A DNA stretch of 51,634 bases from Chloroflexota bacterium (GTDB lineage Bacteria > Chloroflexota > Anaerolineae > Anaerolineales > Anaerolineaceae). The DNA lies in contig JAXHUD010000001.1 of NCBI GenBank assembly GCA_034189815.1, forward strand, positions 1-51,634, in the 5' to 3' direction. This document shows positions 36,904 through 46,810 of the stretch, piece by piece. A program made the translations under genes and the position numbers. Below the pieces are notes generated by a model. That model made no database searches, was not told the DNA's origin, and saw nothing but the letters and a program-made list of their open reading frames with translations. The first letter of the stretch is position 1. Each line of letters opens with the position of its first letter.

Positions 36904-37860
36904 ATGATACTTGTCACTGGAGGGACCGGATTTATTGGTAATGTGCTGATCCGGCACCTTTCAAACCTTGGATACTCAATTAAACTCCTCATTCGTCCCT
37001 CAAAAGACACACCAAACCTTCCTCGGGGAATCCCGCTGGAGATCGCGGTTGCCAGCTTGAGCGATGAACGGGGTTTGCGAGCGGCCATGAAGGATGTGGA
37101 TGTGGTGTTTCACCTGGCGACTGCCGAGTCCTTTGGCAGGCAAGCCCAGCTCGAGAAAGTGGATATCCGCGGTACGGAGGCGGTTGTGCAAGCTGCCACC
37201 CGTGCAAACGTAAGCCGATTTGTCTACCTCAGTCACCTCGGGTCAGATCGCATCTCAGCTTATCCGCTCTTGAAAGCGAAAGGCATCGCCGAACATTATG
37301 TTCGTGAATCGGGGTTGTCATATACGGTTTTTCGGTCAGCCCTCGTCTACGGCGAACGGGACCATTTCACAAATGGATTGGCTTTCCTGCTCAAAGCCTC
37401 ACCGGGATTGGTTCTGCTGCCTGATAATGGTTCCGCTGTCCTCCAGCCAATTTGGGTTGAGGACCTGGTGACAACCCTGACCTGGGCTCTGGATATGCCG
37501 GACACGATTAACCAGACGATTGAGATTGGTGGCCCGGAATATTTGACCTTTAGGGAGATTTGCAAATTGATCGCCAGAAAGCTTTCCATCAACCGGGCTT
37601 ATGTAAATACCTCTCCGGTTTTTCTAAATATCCTGACCGAAGTCATAGAAATATTCATGCCCGCTTTTCCGACCTCCGTTTTCTGGCTGGACTATCTGGC
37701 AACGAATCGTACTGCCAGCCTGGATGTCTTACCCAGCCAGTTTAACCTGCTGCCTGCCAAGATGAGTCAGCGCTTGGGGTATCTGGAAGGTAAGCGCTTC
37801 CGCCGGAATTGGTGGCGGATTATTAAAAAAAGAAAGCGAGAACCCATTCGATGGGAGTAA
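36904..37860 (+). CDS. Atypical SDR / NAD(P)-binding epimerase family protein (NDUFA9-like)
   Basis: ILVTGGTGFIG, VVFHLA, RFVYLS, QPIWVEDL, IEIGGPE. Confidence 0.85.
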   Translation: MILVTGGTGFIGNVLIRHLSNLGYSIKLLIRPSKDTPNLPRGIPLEIAVASLSDERGLRAAMKDVDVVFHLATAESFGRQAQLEKVDIRGTEAVVQAATRANVSRFVYLSHLGSDRISAYPLLKAKGIAEHYVRESGLSYTVFRSALVYGERDHFTNGLAFLLKASPGLVLLPDNGSAVLQPIWVEDLVTTLTWALDMPDTINQTIEIGGPEYLTFREICKLIARKLSINRAYVNTSPVFLNILTEVIEIFMPAFPTSVFWLDYLATNRTASLDVLPSQFNLLPAKMSQRLGYLEGKRFRRNWWRIIKKRKREPIRWE

Positions 37861-39305
37861 ACACTGTCTGCGTCCATGCCCACTTCTATCAGCCGCCCCG
37901 AGAAGACCCGCTATCCGGTTTAATTCCGGACGAAAACGGTGCCGAACCTTTCAGAAACTGGAATGAACGGATTCATTCGGAGTGTTATAAGCCGAATGCG
38001 GAATTGGGAAATTTTGCCAAGGTTAGCTTCAACTTCGGGCCAACAATCCTGCGCTGGATGGAGGAGTTTGATCCTCAGACCTATCAGACGATTATCGCCC
38101 AGGAACGGGAAAATTACGAGCACTTCGGAGTGGGGAACGGGATGGCGCAGGCATATAACCATGTTATCCTCCCGCTGGCTTCGACCCGAGATAAGGAAAC
38201 GCAAATCAAGTGGGGCATCGCCGATTTCAAACACCGCTTTGGGCATGACCCGGAGGGGATGTGGCTGCCTGAGACGGCCGTTGATCTGGAGACGTTGACG
38301 CTGCTGGCGGATAACCAGATCCGGTTCACCGTCCTGGCGCCCTGGCAGATCGAAAGCGATGAGCCCTTGTCGGGCCAGGAACCCTATCTGATTGACCTGC
38401 CTGGGGGACGCAACCCGATGATCGTCTTCTTGTATCACCAGGGGCTGAGCACGGCTGTCAGTTTTCAAAACAAAGCGACCCGCAATGCGGAGCAGTTTGT
38501 GGATGACTGGGTACAGCCGTCCTTCGACGCATTTGACGGCGATGGCGATCATTTGATGTTGATTGCCTCTGACGGCGAGCTGTACGGTCATCACAAGACG
38601 TTCAGGGATAAATTCCTGGCCCATATGCTTAATGGCGCTTTGCATTATCGCGATTTTGAGATCACTTATCCGGGGCTATGGCTGCAGCGCCATCAACCGA
38701 GGAAGGTCGTCAAGCTTAATGAATACACATCCTGGAGCTGCCATCATGGCATTACCCGCTGGATGGGCGAGTGTGACTGCACACCCGGCGCTTCGTGGAA
38801 AGCACCGCTGCGCTGGGGGATGGATAAGCTGTCCGAAGCGCTGGACCAACAATATCAATCCTATATGGCCCGTTTCACGGATGATGTTTGGGGATTGCGG
38901 AATGAATACATCACCGCGTTCCTTGGAGATAGGGCGTTGAACACCTTGCTCGAAAAATATATTACGAAACACCTGCGTGGAGAAGACAGAATCAAAATAA
39001 GAATGCTGCTGGCGGCACAATACGAACGCCAGCGGATTTTCACTTCCTGCGGCTGGTTTTTTGAGAATTTTCACCGAATTGAACCACAGAATAATATCGC
39101 CTATGTTGCGCAGGCGATCTGGCTGACAAAACAGGTAACCGGGAAGGACCTGCAGCCGCGCGCTTTGGCGCTGCTCAAGAAAGTGAAGGATCCCAAGACT
39201 GGCTTGCGCGGTGACACGGTTTTTATTGAGAAATATCACCGGATGCAGGCGTTTTCTGAAGATGAAACGCCTTATTTCAACCCGGCCAGTAGTTTTTCAA
39301 CCTGA
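37851..39305 (+). CDS. Glycoside hydrolase family 57 / DUF3536 protein
   Basis: HAHFYQPPRE, SFNFGPT, YNHVILPL, GMWLPET, SDGELYGHH, SWSCHHG, FTSCGWFF. Confidence 0.9.
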   Translation: MGVNTVCVHAHFYQPPREDPLSGLIPDENGAEPFRNWNERIHSECYKPNAELGNFAKVSFNFGPTILRWMEEFDPQTYQTIIAQERENYEHFGVGNGMAQAYNHVILPLASTRDKETQIKWGIADFKHRFGHDPEGMWLPETAVDLETLTLLADNQIRFTVLAPWQIESDEPLSGQEPYLIDLPGGRNPMIVFLYHQGLSTAVSFQNKATRNAEQFVDDWVQPSFDAFDGDGDHLMLIASDGELYGHHKTFRDKFLAHMLNGALHYRDFEITYPGLWLQRHQPRKVVKLNEYTSWSCHHGITRWMGECDCTPGASWKAPLRWGMDKLSEALDQQYQSYMARFTDDVWGLRNEYITAFLGDRALNTLLEKYITKHLRGEDRIKIRMLLAAQYERQRIFTSCGWFFENFHRIEPQNNIAYVAQAIWLTKQVTGKDLQPRALALLKKVKDPKTGLRGDTVFIEKYHRMQAFSEDETPYFNPASSFST

Positions 39306-42300
39306 AATTCCGAATTTATCTCGGCGTTAAGGATGCTCTGAATGAGGTCATAGGCCTGGAAAAGGCTTTCAAAGGCCTCCGTCAGGCTTTTTTCCGGGTC
39401 GGAGATCAGTTGGACCAATCCAACCGTCATCATCCACCAAAGTAGCGACTCAAACGCTTCCTGGTTGAACCAAAGCACGTCTTCAAACCGATTGACGTTC
39501 AGGAAGCGCCGCACTTCTTCCGAAGCGAACCATCTTTTCGCCAGCGATAAGGGGGTCTTCTCATCGATTTGGTTCGTCCAATTTTGCTGGCTGATCAGTA
39601 GCTTGAGGATCGTCACCCCGCTCTGTGCCTGGCCTGTATCCAGCCCCAATGCTTCAAGCGTGCGTTGCACGTGGGCTGAAATGCCCCATTCATCCAGCCA
39701 ACTGCGGCTGATCTCGGCAAACTGCGGCTCAGTCGTGATCACCCGACCTAACAATCTCAGATCGTTCCAAAGCGTAAGCACATACCAAACAAAGGGATAA
39801 GAAACCAGGTTGGTTTGGATATAGTCCAATATGGCTTGATAACGTTTCGATCCTGGAAAGGGATAACGTTCTGCAAATACGGGCAACTTCAGAATCGCTT
39901 CAAGGCCGGCCGTCATCTCCCGGACGATGAGGTCAAGGTCCTGATGTCCATTCACATAGGTGTTGACGGACTGGATCATGGCTCTAAACGTGTTCGTCTG
40001 GACTTGCAGCAGATCCTGGGATAGCTTGGCTTTCTGGTCGGTCAGGCGGGATTGATAAACCGACCGGAGCATTTCAGGATTCACCAGCGCTCCCAACGGC
40101 TCCAGAACGGGGGCCATCCGCAGTTCTCGCAGGGCGTCATCGATACTGGGAACGCCGCTGCCGTTCAGAAGACCTGCCAGCCGGGCATATTGACCGGTTT
40201 CGTCATCCTGAAGTTCCTGAAAGTTCATAAATACATGATAGGCATAGGCGTCCAGCGCCACGGAAAGTCCCTGGTCGCGGATCGCTTGGGAGGAACGGAT
40301 GTATTCCATGTCTGTGGGAATGTCTCTGAACATGACAAAACGAGCCGGTGAAGGTGTCAAACCCAGAGCCTCATGCAAACTTGCCTGCTCCAGGCGATTC
40401 GTTGTCTTATTCAGGAAGGTTGCGGCGGATTTGATCCGTCCCTGGACTGAGCCGAAATGGTTATGATAGACGACCAGGGCTCGGTCCCCCCCGTTGCTAT
40501 TAGAGTAGGCGAAGACGTTCTCATCCACCAGACCTTCATTTGTAATGAAATCATAAAGTTTGAAGTTCCGGATACCTGAGAAAATATCCCGCCGCTTGAG
40601 CAGTGGGAATATGTCATGCTGGTGGCGTTGGACCAGGGCGTTATCGGGTTCTTCGTCCCAATAGGGTCGGTAATATTCCATGCCGTATTTCTCGGAGTAG
40701 CCCTCAACCTGCCCATGTCCGAACATCGGCAGTCCCGGCATGGTTGACATCAGGGTGCAGATACCAAAGTACTTGTCCCCTTTGCCGAATTGCTCCACGG
40801 CTGTTTCCTCGTCGGGATTGTTCATAAAATTGACGTAGCGTTTGAGGATTTGCGGGTCAAATGTGAGCGTGTTCTTGATCAACTGTCGGTATTTTGCGTT
40901 TTCCTCGTTACGGAGCATATTCATGAAGGCGCTGTTATACACCCTGTGCATACCGAGCGTGCGGACGAAATAACCTTCCATCAGCCAGAATGCCTCGGCC
41001 AACAGCAATGTGTCGGGGACCTCCTGGGCGACCCGGTCTACAACTTCCCGCCAGAACTCTTTGGGGAAGGCAGCGTCGAATGCCGCCTGCGTCAGACCGT
41101 ATTCTGATCGGCTGGGGATCGCCCCGCCTGTGCCAGGCTTGGGAAACCAGAGCCGTTGGTAATGTTTCTTTGCCAGGGTCATCGCGGCATCAAAGCGGAT
41201 AATGGGGAACATGCGAGCGACATGCAGGATCGTCTGGATCACGGCCTCACGGACTTCATTTTGCAGATAGTCCAATTGCGCCGTGTCATTCCATGGCATG
41301 CTGGTGCCGTCATTGCCGTGATAAATAAACCGTGTATCGCCGCTGCGCCGGTCAATTCGTTTGAAGACCACCGCCGCGTCGGAGCGGTCATAGTAGTGAT
41401 CTTCGATGAAGATCCCGACATTCTCGTTCGGACTCAGGTCTGGGCCGTTGAAAGTGTAGGAGGGGAAGGGGCTGTGTGGGAGGCCGATGAACCAATTAGG
41501 GTGTTCTATCAGCCAGTCGGAGTCGATACCCATGTGGTTGGGCACCATATCGCTGGCCAGCCGGATGCCGCGCTGGCGGGCGCGATCCCGCAGGCCTTGA
41601 TAAGCCTCATAGCCGCCCAAATCAGCAGCGATGGCATAATTCCGCAGCGAATAGGCTGAGGCCACCGCTTCAGGGTTGCCGCAGAGTTGTTTGATCCGCT
41701 TTGAGGCGTTACTGCGCTCCCAGAGCCCGATCAGCCAAAGCCCGTTAAAACCTTGGCTGGCTAATTTATCCAGTTCTTCATCTGGAATCTGATCCAGACG
41801 GTTGATTTCACGATGATAGGCTTTGGATAGCTGATAGAGCCAGACATAGGCATTCTTGGCAACCATCACCGTGCGGGTCATCCAATCGCTGTCTGCGGAG
41901 TAGTTTTCTTCATCCAGCGCGAACGCATCGTAACTAGGGACTTGGGTCGGTCCGGGGCTTAGAAAAACTTTGGTTTGCTCTTCCTTCAGCACGTCCAGAG
42001 AGCTGAGTAGACGATATAGATACTCCCCGATCAGGTCCCGCCAGCGGTCGCGGATGAACGCCAGCTGGCCGGCCAATGAATGGGGGACTTCGATGGCAGG
42101 GCTTCGGAGCATGGTGATGAGGTCCTGATCATCTGGCCCAAACACGGGTTGGTCTTCGAAGAAGCTTCTGAGTTCACTGATTAGTTTTTTATAGGCTGTC
42201 GTTTCGAGGAGGTCCGTATCGTCAAATAATTCCTGAAAAGGCGCGACTGCCGGGTTCTGGTTGGTGACCCAAAGCATGAGTAGTTCTTCCAGGGCGATCC

Positions 42301-42721
42301 AGCGATTGGGAATATCTTTGGTGCTGGTTTTGAGATATTCCTCGGGGGTCATATCCCCGGCAAAAACGGCTCTTGGAGGAAATTCACGGATAAATTGCAG
42401 AAGCGCTTGCTCAAGCTCGCTTTCAGCTAGATTCGCAGAGACGTGTTTTAAGGCTGTCGCCCAAATCTGTGGATCAATTTGCTCTCGATACCTGGAAACC
42501 ACCAGATGCAGGATCTCGTCAATCAGGCCCAGGGCGTTGATATCACCTGCCCGTATCGCTTGTTCAGGCTGGTTGATGACATCCCGCTGCTCGTTGATAT
42601 TAAAGGCGAAATCACGTGCAGCTTTCAGGTCCGCAAAGATTACGTTTCCGTCGAACTGGAATAAGCTTTGGTTGAAATGGTATTTTTCTCTGGCAGTGCG
42701 CGAGACATGAAATTCAAACAT
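39272..42721 (-). CDS. Large GH13 alpha-amylase family protein with N- and C-terminal extensions
   Basis: DMVPNH, RFDAAM, LAEAFW, FMNNPDE; start at ATG 42721 after GGAGGAGG. Confidence 0.88.
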   Translation of the reverse strand: MFEFHVSRTAREKYHFNQSLFQFDGNVIFADLKAARDFAFNINEQRDVINQPEQAIRAGDINALGLIDEILHLVVSRYREQIDPQIWATALKHVSANLAESELEQALLQFIREFPPRAVFAGDMTPEEYLKTSTKDIPNRWIALEELLMLWVTNQNPAVAPFQELFDDTDLLETTAYKKLISELRSFFEDQPVFGPDDQDLITMLRSPAIEVPHSLAGQLAFIRDRWRDLIGEYLYRLLSSLDVLKEEQTKVFLSPGPTQVPSYDAFALDEENYSADSDWMTRTVMVAKNAYVWLYQLSKAYHREINRLDQIPDEELDKLASQGFNGLWLIGLWERSNASKRIKQLCGNPEAVASAYSLRNYAIAADLGGYEAYQGLRDRARQRGIRLASDMVPNHMGIDSDWLIEHPNWFIGLPHSPFPSYTFNGPDLSPNENVGIFIEDHYYDRSDAAVVFKRIDRRSGDTRFIYHGNDGTSMPWNDTAQLDYLQNEVREAVIQTILHVARMFPIIRFDAAMTLAKKHYQRLWFPKPGTGGAIPSRSEYGLTQAAFDAAFPKEFWREVVDRVAQEVPDTLLLAEAFWLMEGYFVRTLGMHRVYNSAFMNMLRNEENAKYRQLIKNTLTFDPQILKRYVNFMNNPDEETAVEQFGKGDKYFGICTLMSTMPGLPMFGHGQVEGYSEKYGMEYYRPYWDEEPDNALVQRHQHDIFPLLKRRDIFSGIRNFKLYDFITNEGLVDENVFAYSNSNGGDRALVVYHNHFGSVQGRIKSAATFLNKTTNRLEQASLHEALGLTPSPARFVMFRDIPTDMEYIRSSQAIRDQGLSVALDAYAYHVFMNFQELQDDETGQYARLAGLLNGSGVPSIDDALRELRMAPVLEPLGALVNPEMLRSVYQSRLTDQKAKLSQDLLQVQTNTFRAMIQSVNTYVNGHQDLDLIVREMTAGLEAILKLPVFAERYPFPGSKRYQAILDYIQTNLVSYPFVWYVLTLWNDLRLLGRVITTEPQFAEISRSWLDEWGISAHVQRTLEALGLDTGQAQSGVTILKLLISQQNWTNQIDEKTPLSLAKRWFASEEVRRFLNVNRFEDVLWFNQEAFESLLWWMMTVGLVQLISDPEKSLTEAFESLFQAYDLIQSILNAEINSEFQVEKLLAGLK

Positions 42722-42829
42722 AGGGCGGTTGCTCCTCCTCCAAAACAAGTCCGATTCGAATTATACTCGCATCATCGCGCCTACTAAAAGAAAACGCCGC
42801 CCGAAGGTTACTGATTGGGTTCATGAAAA

Positions 42830-43984
42830 TTATGAGGCTCGCCTGAGTATGTGCGTGACGATATTCGATCCACTCCCGCCGATATTCTGCGCCATGCCGA
42901 ATTCGGGGTTCGGTACCTGTGTCTCACCAGCCTGCCCCCTGAGCTGCTGGACGACTTCCACAAGCTGGTACATACCCGTGGCGCCGACGGGATGCCCCCG
43001 CGCTTTCAATCCGCCGCGTGTGGCAACGGGGATCCGCCCGTTGATCTTGATATCACCTTCTTTGGCAAGGACAGGACCTTTTCCCGGTTCTGCAAAGCCG
43101 CTGGCTTCCAACGAGAGCGCAGCCATAATCGTGAAAGCATCGTGGTATTCAAAAAGGTCAATATCCACCGATCCAATCCCGGCTTGTTCATATGCTTCCC
43201 GGGAGGATTTCTCTGCCGCTGCGAGCCACAAGGGCTGCTTGCGGTCATGGACGGCAATGGTGTCGGTTGCTGCGGCTGAACCGACCACCAGGATTTTCGG
43301 TGCGCCGGCAGTAAGCATTTCAGCAGGCGCCAGGATGGCGGCGGCTGCACCGTCGCCAATGGGGGAGGCGTCCATCAAATTGATCGGGTCGCAAATCATT
43401 GGGGAAGTGATGAAACGTTGCTGGTCAATGGCCTTTCGAAAGCGGGCGAAGGGATTGTGGACCGCATTTGCATGCGCGTTAATGGCGAACTCCGCAAAGT
43501 CCACACCTTCCCAGCCATATTCATGCATGTAGCGTTTCATCAGTAAGGCGTTAAGAGCCACGAAAGAAAGCCCGTGGTCCACTTCCCAATCCGCATCGGC
43601 GGCTGTCGCCAGGGCGCTGGTGATCTCATTACTGGGAGAGTCGGTCATTTTTTCGACGCCCACCGCCATTGCGATATCCGCCTCACCCGAGGCGACGGAA
43701 AGCATCGCCATGCGGAAAGCGGCGCCACCGGAGCTGCAGGCGGATTCGATTTTGACCGCATCTGTGAAACGCTGTCCGATCCAGTCTGCAACCATGGTTC
43801 CAAGCTGGCCCTGTAGGTTAGCCACGCCGGACATCATATTGCCGACGTAAATACTGTCGATCTGGTTAACCTGGGCCTCTTTCAGCGCGGCCAGGGCTGC
43901 ATCACCGGCTAATTCCCGCAGTGATTTATCCCAGTGCTCCGCTACTTTTGTTTGTCCGATGCCGATAACTGCAACGTCTCGCAT
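42830..43984 (-). CDS. Thiolase-domain protein (SCP2/archaeal-type acetyl-CoA acetyltransferase)
   Basis: ESACSSG catalytic Cys, GVEKMT, DGAAA, EYHDAF, GGLKARGHPVGATG, QNIGG. Confidence 0.9.
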   Translation of the reverse strand: MRDVAVIGIGQTKVAEHWDKSLRELAGDAALAALKEAQVNQIDSIYVGNMMSGVANLQGQLGTMVADWIGQRFTDAVKIESACSSGGAAFRMAMLSVASGEADIAMAVGVEKMTDSPSNEITSALATAADADWEVDHGLSFVALNALLMKRYMHEYGWEGVDFAEFAINAHANAVHNPFARFRKAIDQQRFITSPMICDPINLMDASPIGDGAAAAILAPAEMLTAGAPKILVVGSAAATDTIAVHDRKQPLWLAAAEKSSREAYEQAGIGSVDIDLFEYHDAFTIMAALSLEASGFAEPGKGPVLAKEGDIKINGRIPVATRGGLKARGHPVGATGMYQLVEVVQQLRGQAGETQVPNPEFGMAQNIGGSGSNIVTHILRRAS

Positions 43985-44170
43985 TAACTATGTCCTTTCG
44001 ATGTTTTCCAAATTGATTATATCGGAATTATCTATCAAGTCCTATCAAGAGCGGTTAAAGCATTAGCCGCGTATAATTACCAATAGAAAGAGTCAGTGAT
44101 TCCACGAAATTTCGTATAGCCAATATTCATAAATTCAATTTCAATTCTAAAATTACACTAGGACATTAAA

Positions 44171-44821
44171 ATGCTAAAACAAATTTACGATATCACCATA
44201 CCAATCACAACAAAAACCATCGTTTGGCCAGGAGACCCGGTTGTTGCCATTCGACAAATAGCTGCTATTTCGAAGGGCGCGGAATCCAACCTCTCACAAA
44301 TTCGGATGAGTGTGCACACGGGCACCCATATTGACGCACCTGCGCATTTCATCGCCGGTGGGAAAACCATCGGTGATATTTCTCTGGGGAAGCTAACAGG
44401 CCAGGTGCTTGTCGTAGAAATGGGGCAGGACGTTGAAGTCATCACCGACCAATGCCTTCTCAATCATCCCCAACTCGAGGCCATCCGGAAGGCGAGGAAG
44501 GTTCTGTTCAAGACCCGCAATTCACAGCTATGGCGTGAAGACTCCGCGAAATTCACAGAGGATTACGTTGGCGCTGACTCTTCTGCTGCGGCCTTTCTTG
44601 CAGATCTTGACTTGGATCTGATCGGTATTGACTATCTGTCGATATCTCCTTTCAATGACCTGGATGAACCACATCGGATCCTTTTAGCGAAAAATATCAT
44701 CCTTCTGGAAGGCACGGATATGTCCCGGGTCCCTGCGGGCCATTACCAGTTGTATTGTCTGCCAATGAAGCTCGAATCATGTGAGGGGGCGCCCGTCCGC
44801 GCCATCTTAAGGGAAATTTAA
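44171..44821 (+). CDS. Cyclase family / kynurenine formamidase-like metallohydrolase
   Basis: VWPGDP, HTGTHIDAPAH, GIDYLS, H..LL, EGAPVRA. Confidence 0.9.
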   Translation: MLKQIYDITIPITTKTIVWPGDPVVAIRQIAAISKGAESNLSQIRMSVHTGTHIDAPAHFIAGGKTIGDISLGKLTGQVLVVEMGQDVEVITDQCLLNHPQLEAIRKARKVLFKTRNSQLWREDSAKFTEDYVGADSSAAAFLADLDLDLIGIDYLSISPFNDLDEPHRILLAKNIILLEGTDMSRVPAGHYQLYCLPMKLESCEGAPVRAILREI

Positions 44822-44890
44822 CCTAAAACCAGGAACAATTGCGCCTGATGGCACGTCTACTCTTTACACAGAAGAAAAATAGGAGAAAAA

Positions 44891-46231
44891 ATGAATAAGA
44901 AATGGATATATGGATTATTGATCGCAACAATTATGGTCATGACGGGTTGCAGCACGATCAGCCCTTCCCCTATCACCAGCCCAACCGAGGTTGTTTCACC
45001 CACCGAGGCTAATGTGACGACCGATACTGAATATATCAAAAGCGAGATGGCTCGTGAGATGGCGCCATCCGTTGACCCCGCTGACCTCACAACGCTCGCT
45101 GAAGATAATGCTGCCTTTGCGCTGGATTTTTACCAACAAATTCGTGATGCCGACGGCAACCTGATCTTTTCGCCCTTTAGCCTGTCCCTGGCGCTGACGA
45201 TGGCAAAGGCCGGGGCGGAAGGGAGCACGCAGGAGGGGATGGCAGAGGCCCTAAACCTTTCATTACCGGAGGACACCCTCTACCCGGCTTTTGACGCGCT
45301 GCTCCTTGCCATTAATGAATCGAGCGAGCAGGTAACCGAGGAAAGAGACGGTAATCCCTTCCAGCTAAATATCGCCAACGGTCTCTGGGGCCAGGCTGGC
45401 TTCTTATTTGAAGAGGCCTTCCTCGACACATTAGCCCAATACTTTGGCGCAGGGCTCTATACAGTCGATTACCAGAACGCACCGGACGCAGCCCGGCAGT
45501 TAATCAACGACTGGATAAATGATGAAACGGAAGGGAAGATCCCTAACCTGATCCCGGAAGGCGCCATCGATTCGCTCACTCGTCTTGTATTGGCAAACGC
45601 AATCTATTTCAACGGCTCCTGGTACTATCCCTTCGATGAAAACCAAACCGAACAAGCCCCGTTTTATTTGCTGGACGGCTCGGAAACGACAGCTGAAATG
45701 ATGCAGCTTAATGGCGAGCGGCTGGCGTATACCCGCGGCGATGGCTACCAGGTCGTGCAATTGCCCTATCTCAGCGCTGATTTTGTTATGACGCTCTGGG
45801 TGCCTGACTCAGGCGATTTTGAGACCTTCGAGGCAGGGTTGGCCGGGGATCAGATAACTGCAATCAGAGAGCAGTTAGGTTCCGAAGAAGTCAATCTGCA
45901 AATGCCCAAGTTCGATTTTAAAACCAGCACTAATGCAAACGATCCACTCCGTACGCTCGGCATGGACGAGGCCTTTGATCCCGAAGTTGCTGATTTTTCC
46001 GGCATGACCCGGGAAGACAAGCTGCTGATTACGGATGTATTGCACAAAGCGACGATCACGGTCGACGAGAATGGCACCGAAGCAGCCGCGGCGACGGCCG
46101 TCATCCTAGGTGTGACTTCTGCGATGCCCGGTGAACCCATTTCGTTGATCATCGATCGCCCGTTTCTCTTTACGATTGATCACAAGCCCACCGGGACGAT
46201 CCTATTCATGGGGCGAGTCGTGCAGCCCTAA
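44891..46231 (+). CDS. Serpin family lipoprotein
   Basis: Lipobox VMTG-C; FSPFSL, INDWINDETEGKIP, LANAIYFNG, MPKF, hinge ENGTEAAAAT, DRPFLF, ILFMGRV. Confidence 0.93.
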   Translation: MNKKWIYGLLIATIMVMTGCSTISPSPITSPTEVVSPTEANVTTDTEYIKSEMAREMAPSVDPADLTTLAEDNAAFALDFYQQIRDADGNLIFSPFSLSLALTMAKAGAEGSTQEGMAEALNLSLPEDTLYPAFDALLLAINESSEQVTEERDGNPFQLNIANGLWGQAGFLFEEAFLDTLAQYFGAGLYTVDYQNAPDAARQLINDWINDETEGKIPNLIPEGAIDSLTRLVLANAIYFNGSWYYPFDENQTEQAPFYLLDGSETTAEMMQLNGERLAYTRGDGYQVVQLPYLSADFVMTLWVPDSGDFETFEAGLAGDQITAIREQLGSEEVNLQMPKFDFKTSTNANDPLRTLGMDEAFDPEVADFSGMTREDKLLITDVLHKATITVDENGTEAAAATAVILGVTSAMPGEPISLIIDRPFLFTIDHKPTGTILFMGRVVQP

Positions 46232-46277
46232 TGATATAATTCTGATTAAGCAAGCCTAGCCAAAGAAGGAGCAGCGG

Positions 46278-46715
46278 ATGAATCCCATGGATGCCTATAG
46301 CGTCAACGAAGCCAATTTGCAAACGTATCGATTGTACTGCCTTGTCGCCCAATCGGCCATGCTGCTTGTCGATGCGCACCTCCTCACGTCGGCGCCCTTG
46401 GCTGCATTGCTGATATCGCTGGGTGGGATTGCTTTCATTTGGTTGATCTGGTCGCCCGTTGTCACTTCAAGGCAGCTAGTTGTTGATTTCTACAAACGGC
46501 AAGCGGAAGGCTTTATCTTGCCCGATGGGGTTTGCACGGTGCGGGAGTATGTCCAAAACACCAGCGGTAAGCGGGAACTGGTAAACCAGAAATATTTTGG
46601 GAACACGACAAATTGGCGCGAGACCCGCGTCAAGATTGATCGCTGGACTCCGATATTCTTTACAGTGCTCTGGTTGCTGTTATTTGTGGTTGGCTTTGTT
46701 CAGCTATTCAAGTAA
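46278..46715 (+). CDS. Hypothetical small membrane protein (about 3 TM)
   Basis: AAGGAG RBS, TGaTATAAT upstream, three hydrophobic segments, followed by terminator. Confidence 0.7.
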   Translation: MNPMDAYSVNEANLQTYRLYCLVAQSAMLLVDAHLLTSAPLAALLISLGGIAFIWLIWSPVVTSRQLVVDFYKRQAEGFILPDGVCTVREYVQNTSGKRELVNQKYFGNTTNWRETRVKIDRWTPIFFTVLWLLLFVVGFVQLFK

Positions 46716-46733
46716 TCTCTTTGGGACTAAAAT

Positions 46734-46764
46734 AAACAGCGGCGTTACCATAGCGCCGCTGTTT
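46734..46764. terminator. Bidirectional intrinsic terminator
   Basis: AAACAGCGGCGTTA-cca-TAGCGCCGCTGTTTT. Confidence 0.85.
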
Positions 46765-46810
46765 TGGTTTGTCTTAAAATTAGTACCAAACCGGGTTGGA
46801 TTAGGACCAG

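Noticed and set aside
42729-43532. 267-aa plus-strand ORF and similar long antisense ORFs (3661-4416, 9480-10259, 15748-16530, 29401-30216, 34769-35506)
   Set aside because: They lie opposite well-supported genes and are expected shadows of codon bias.
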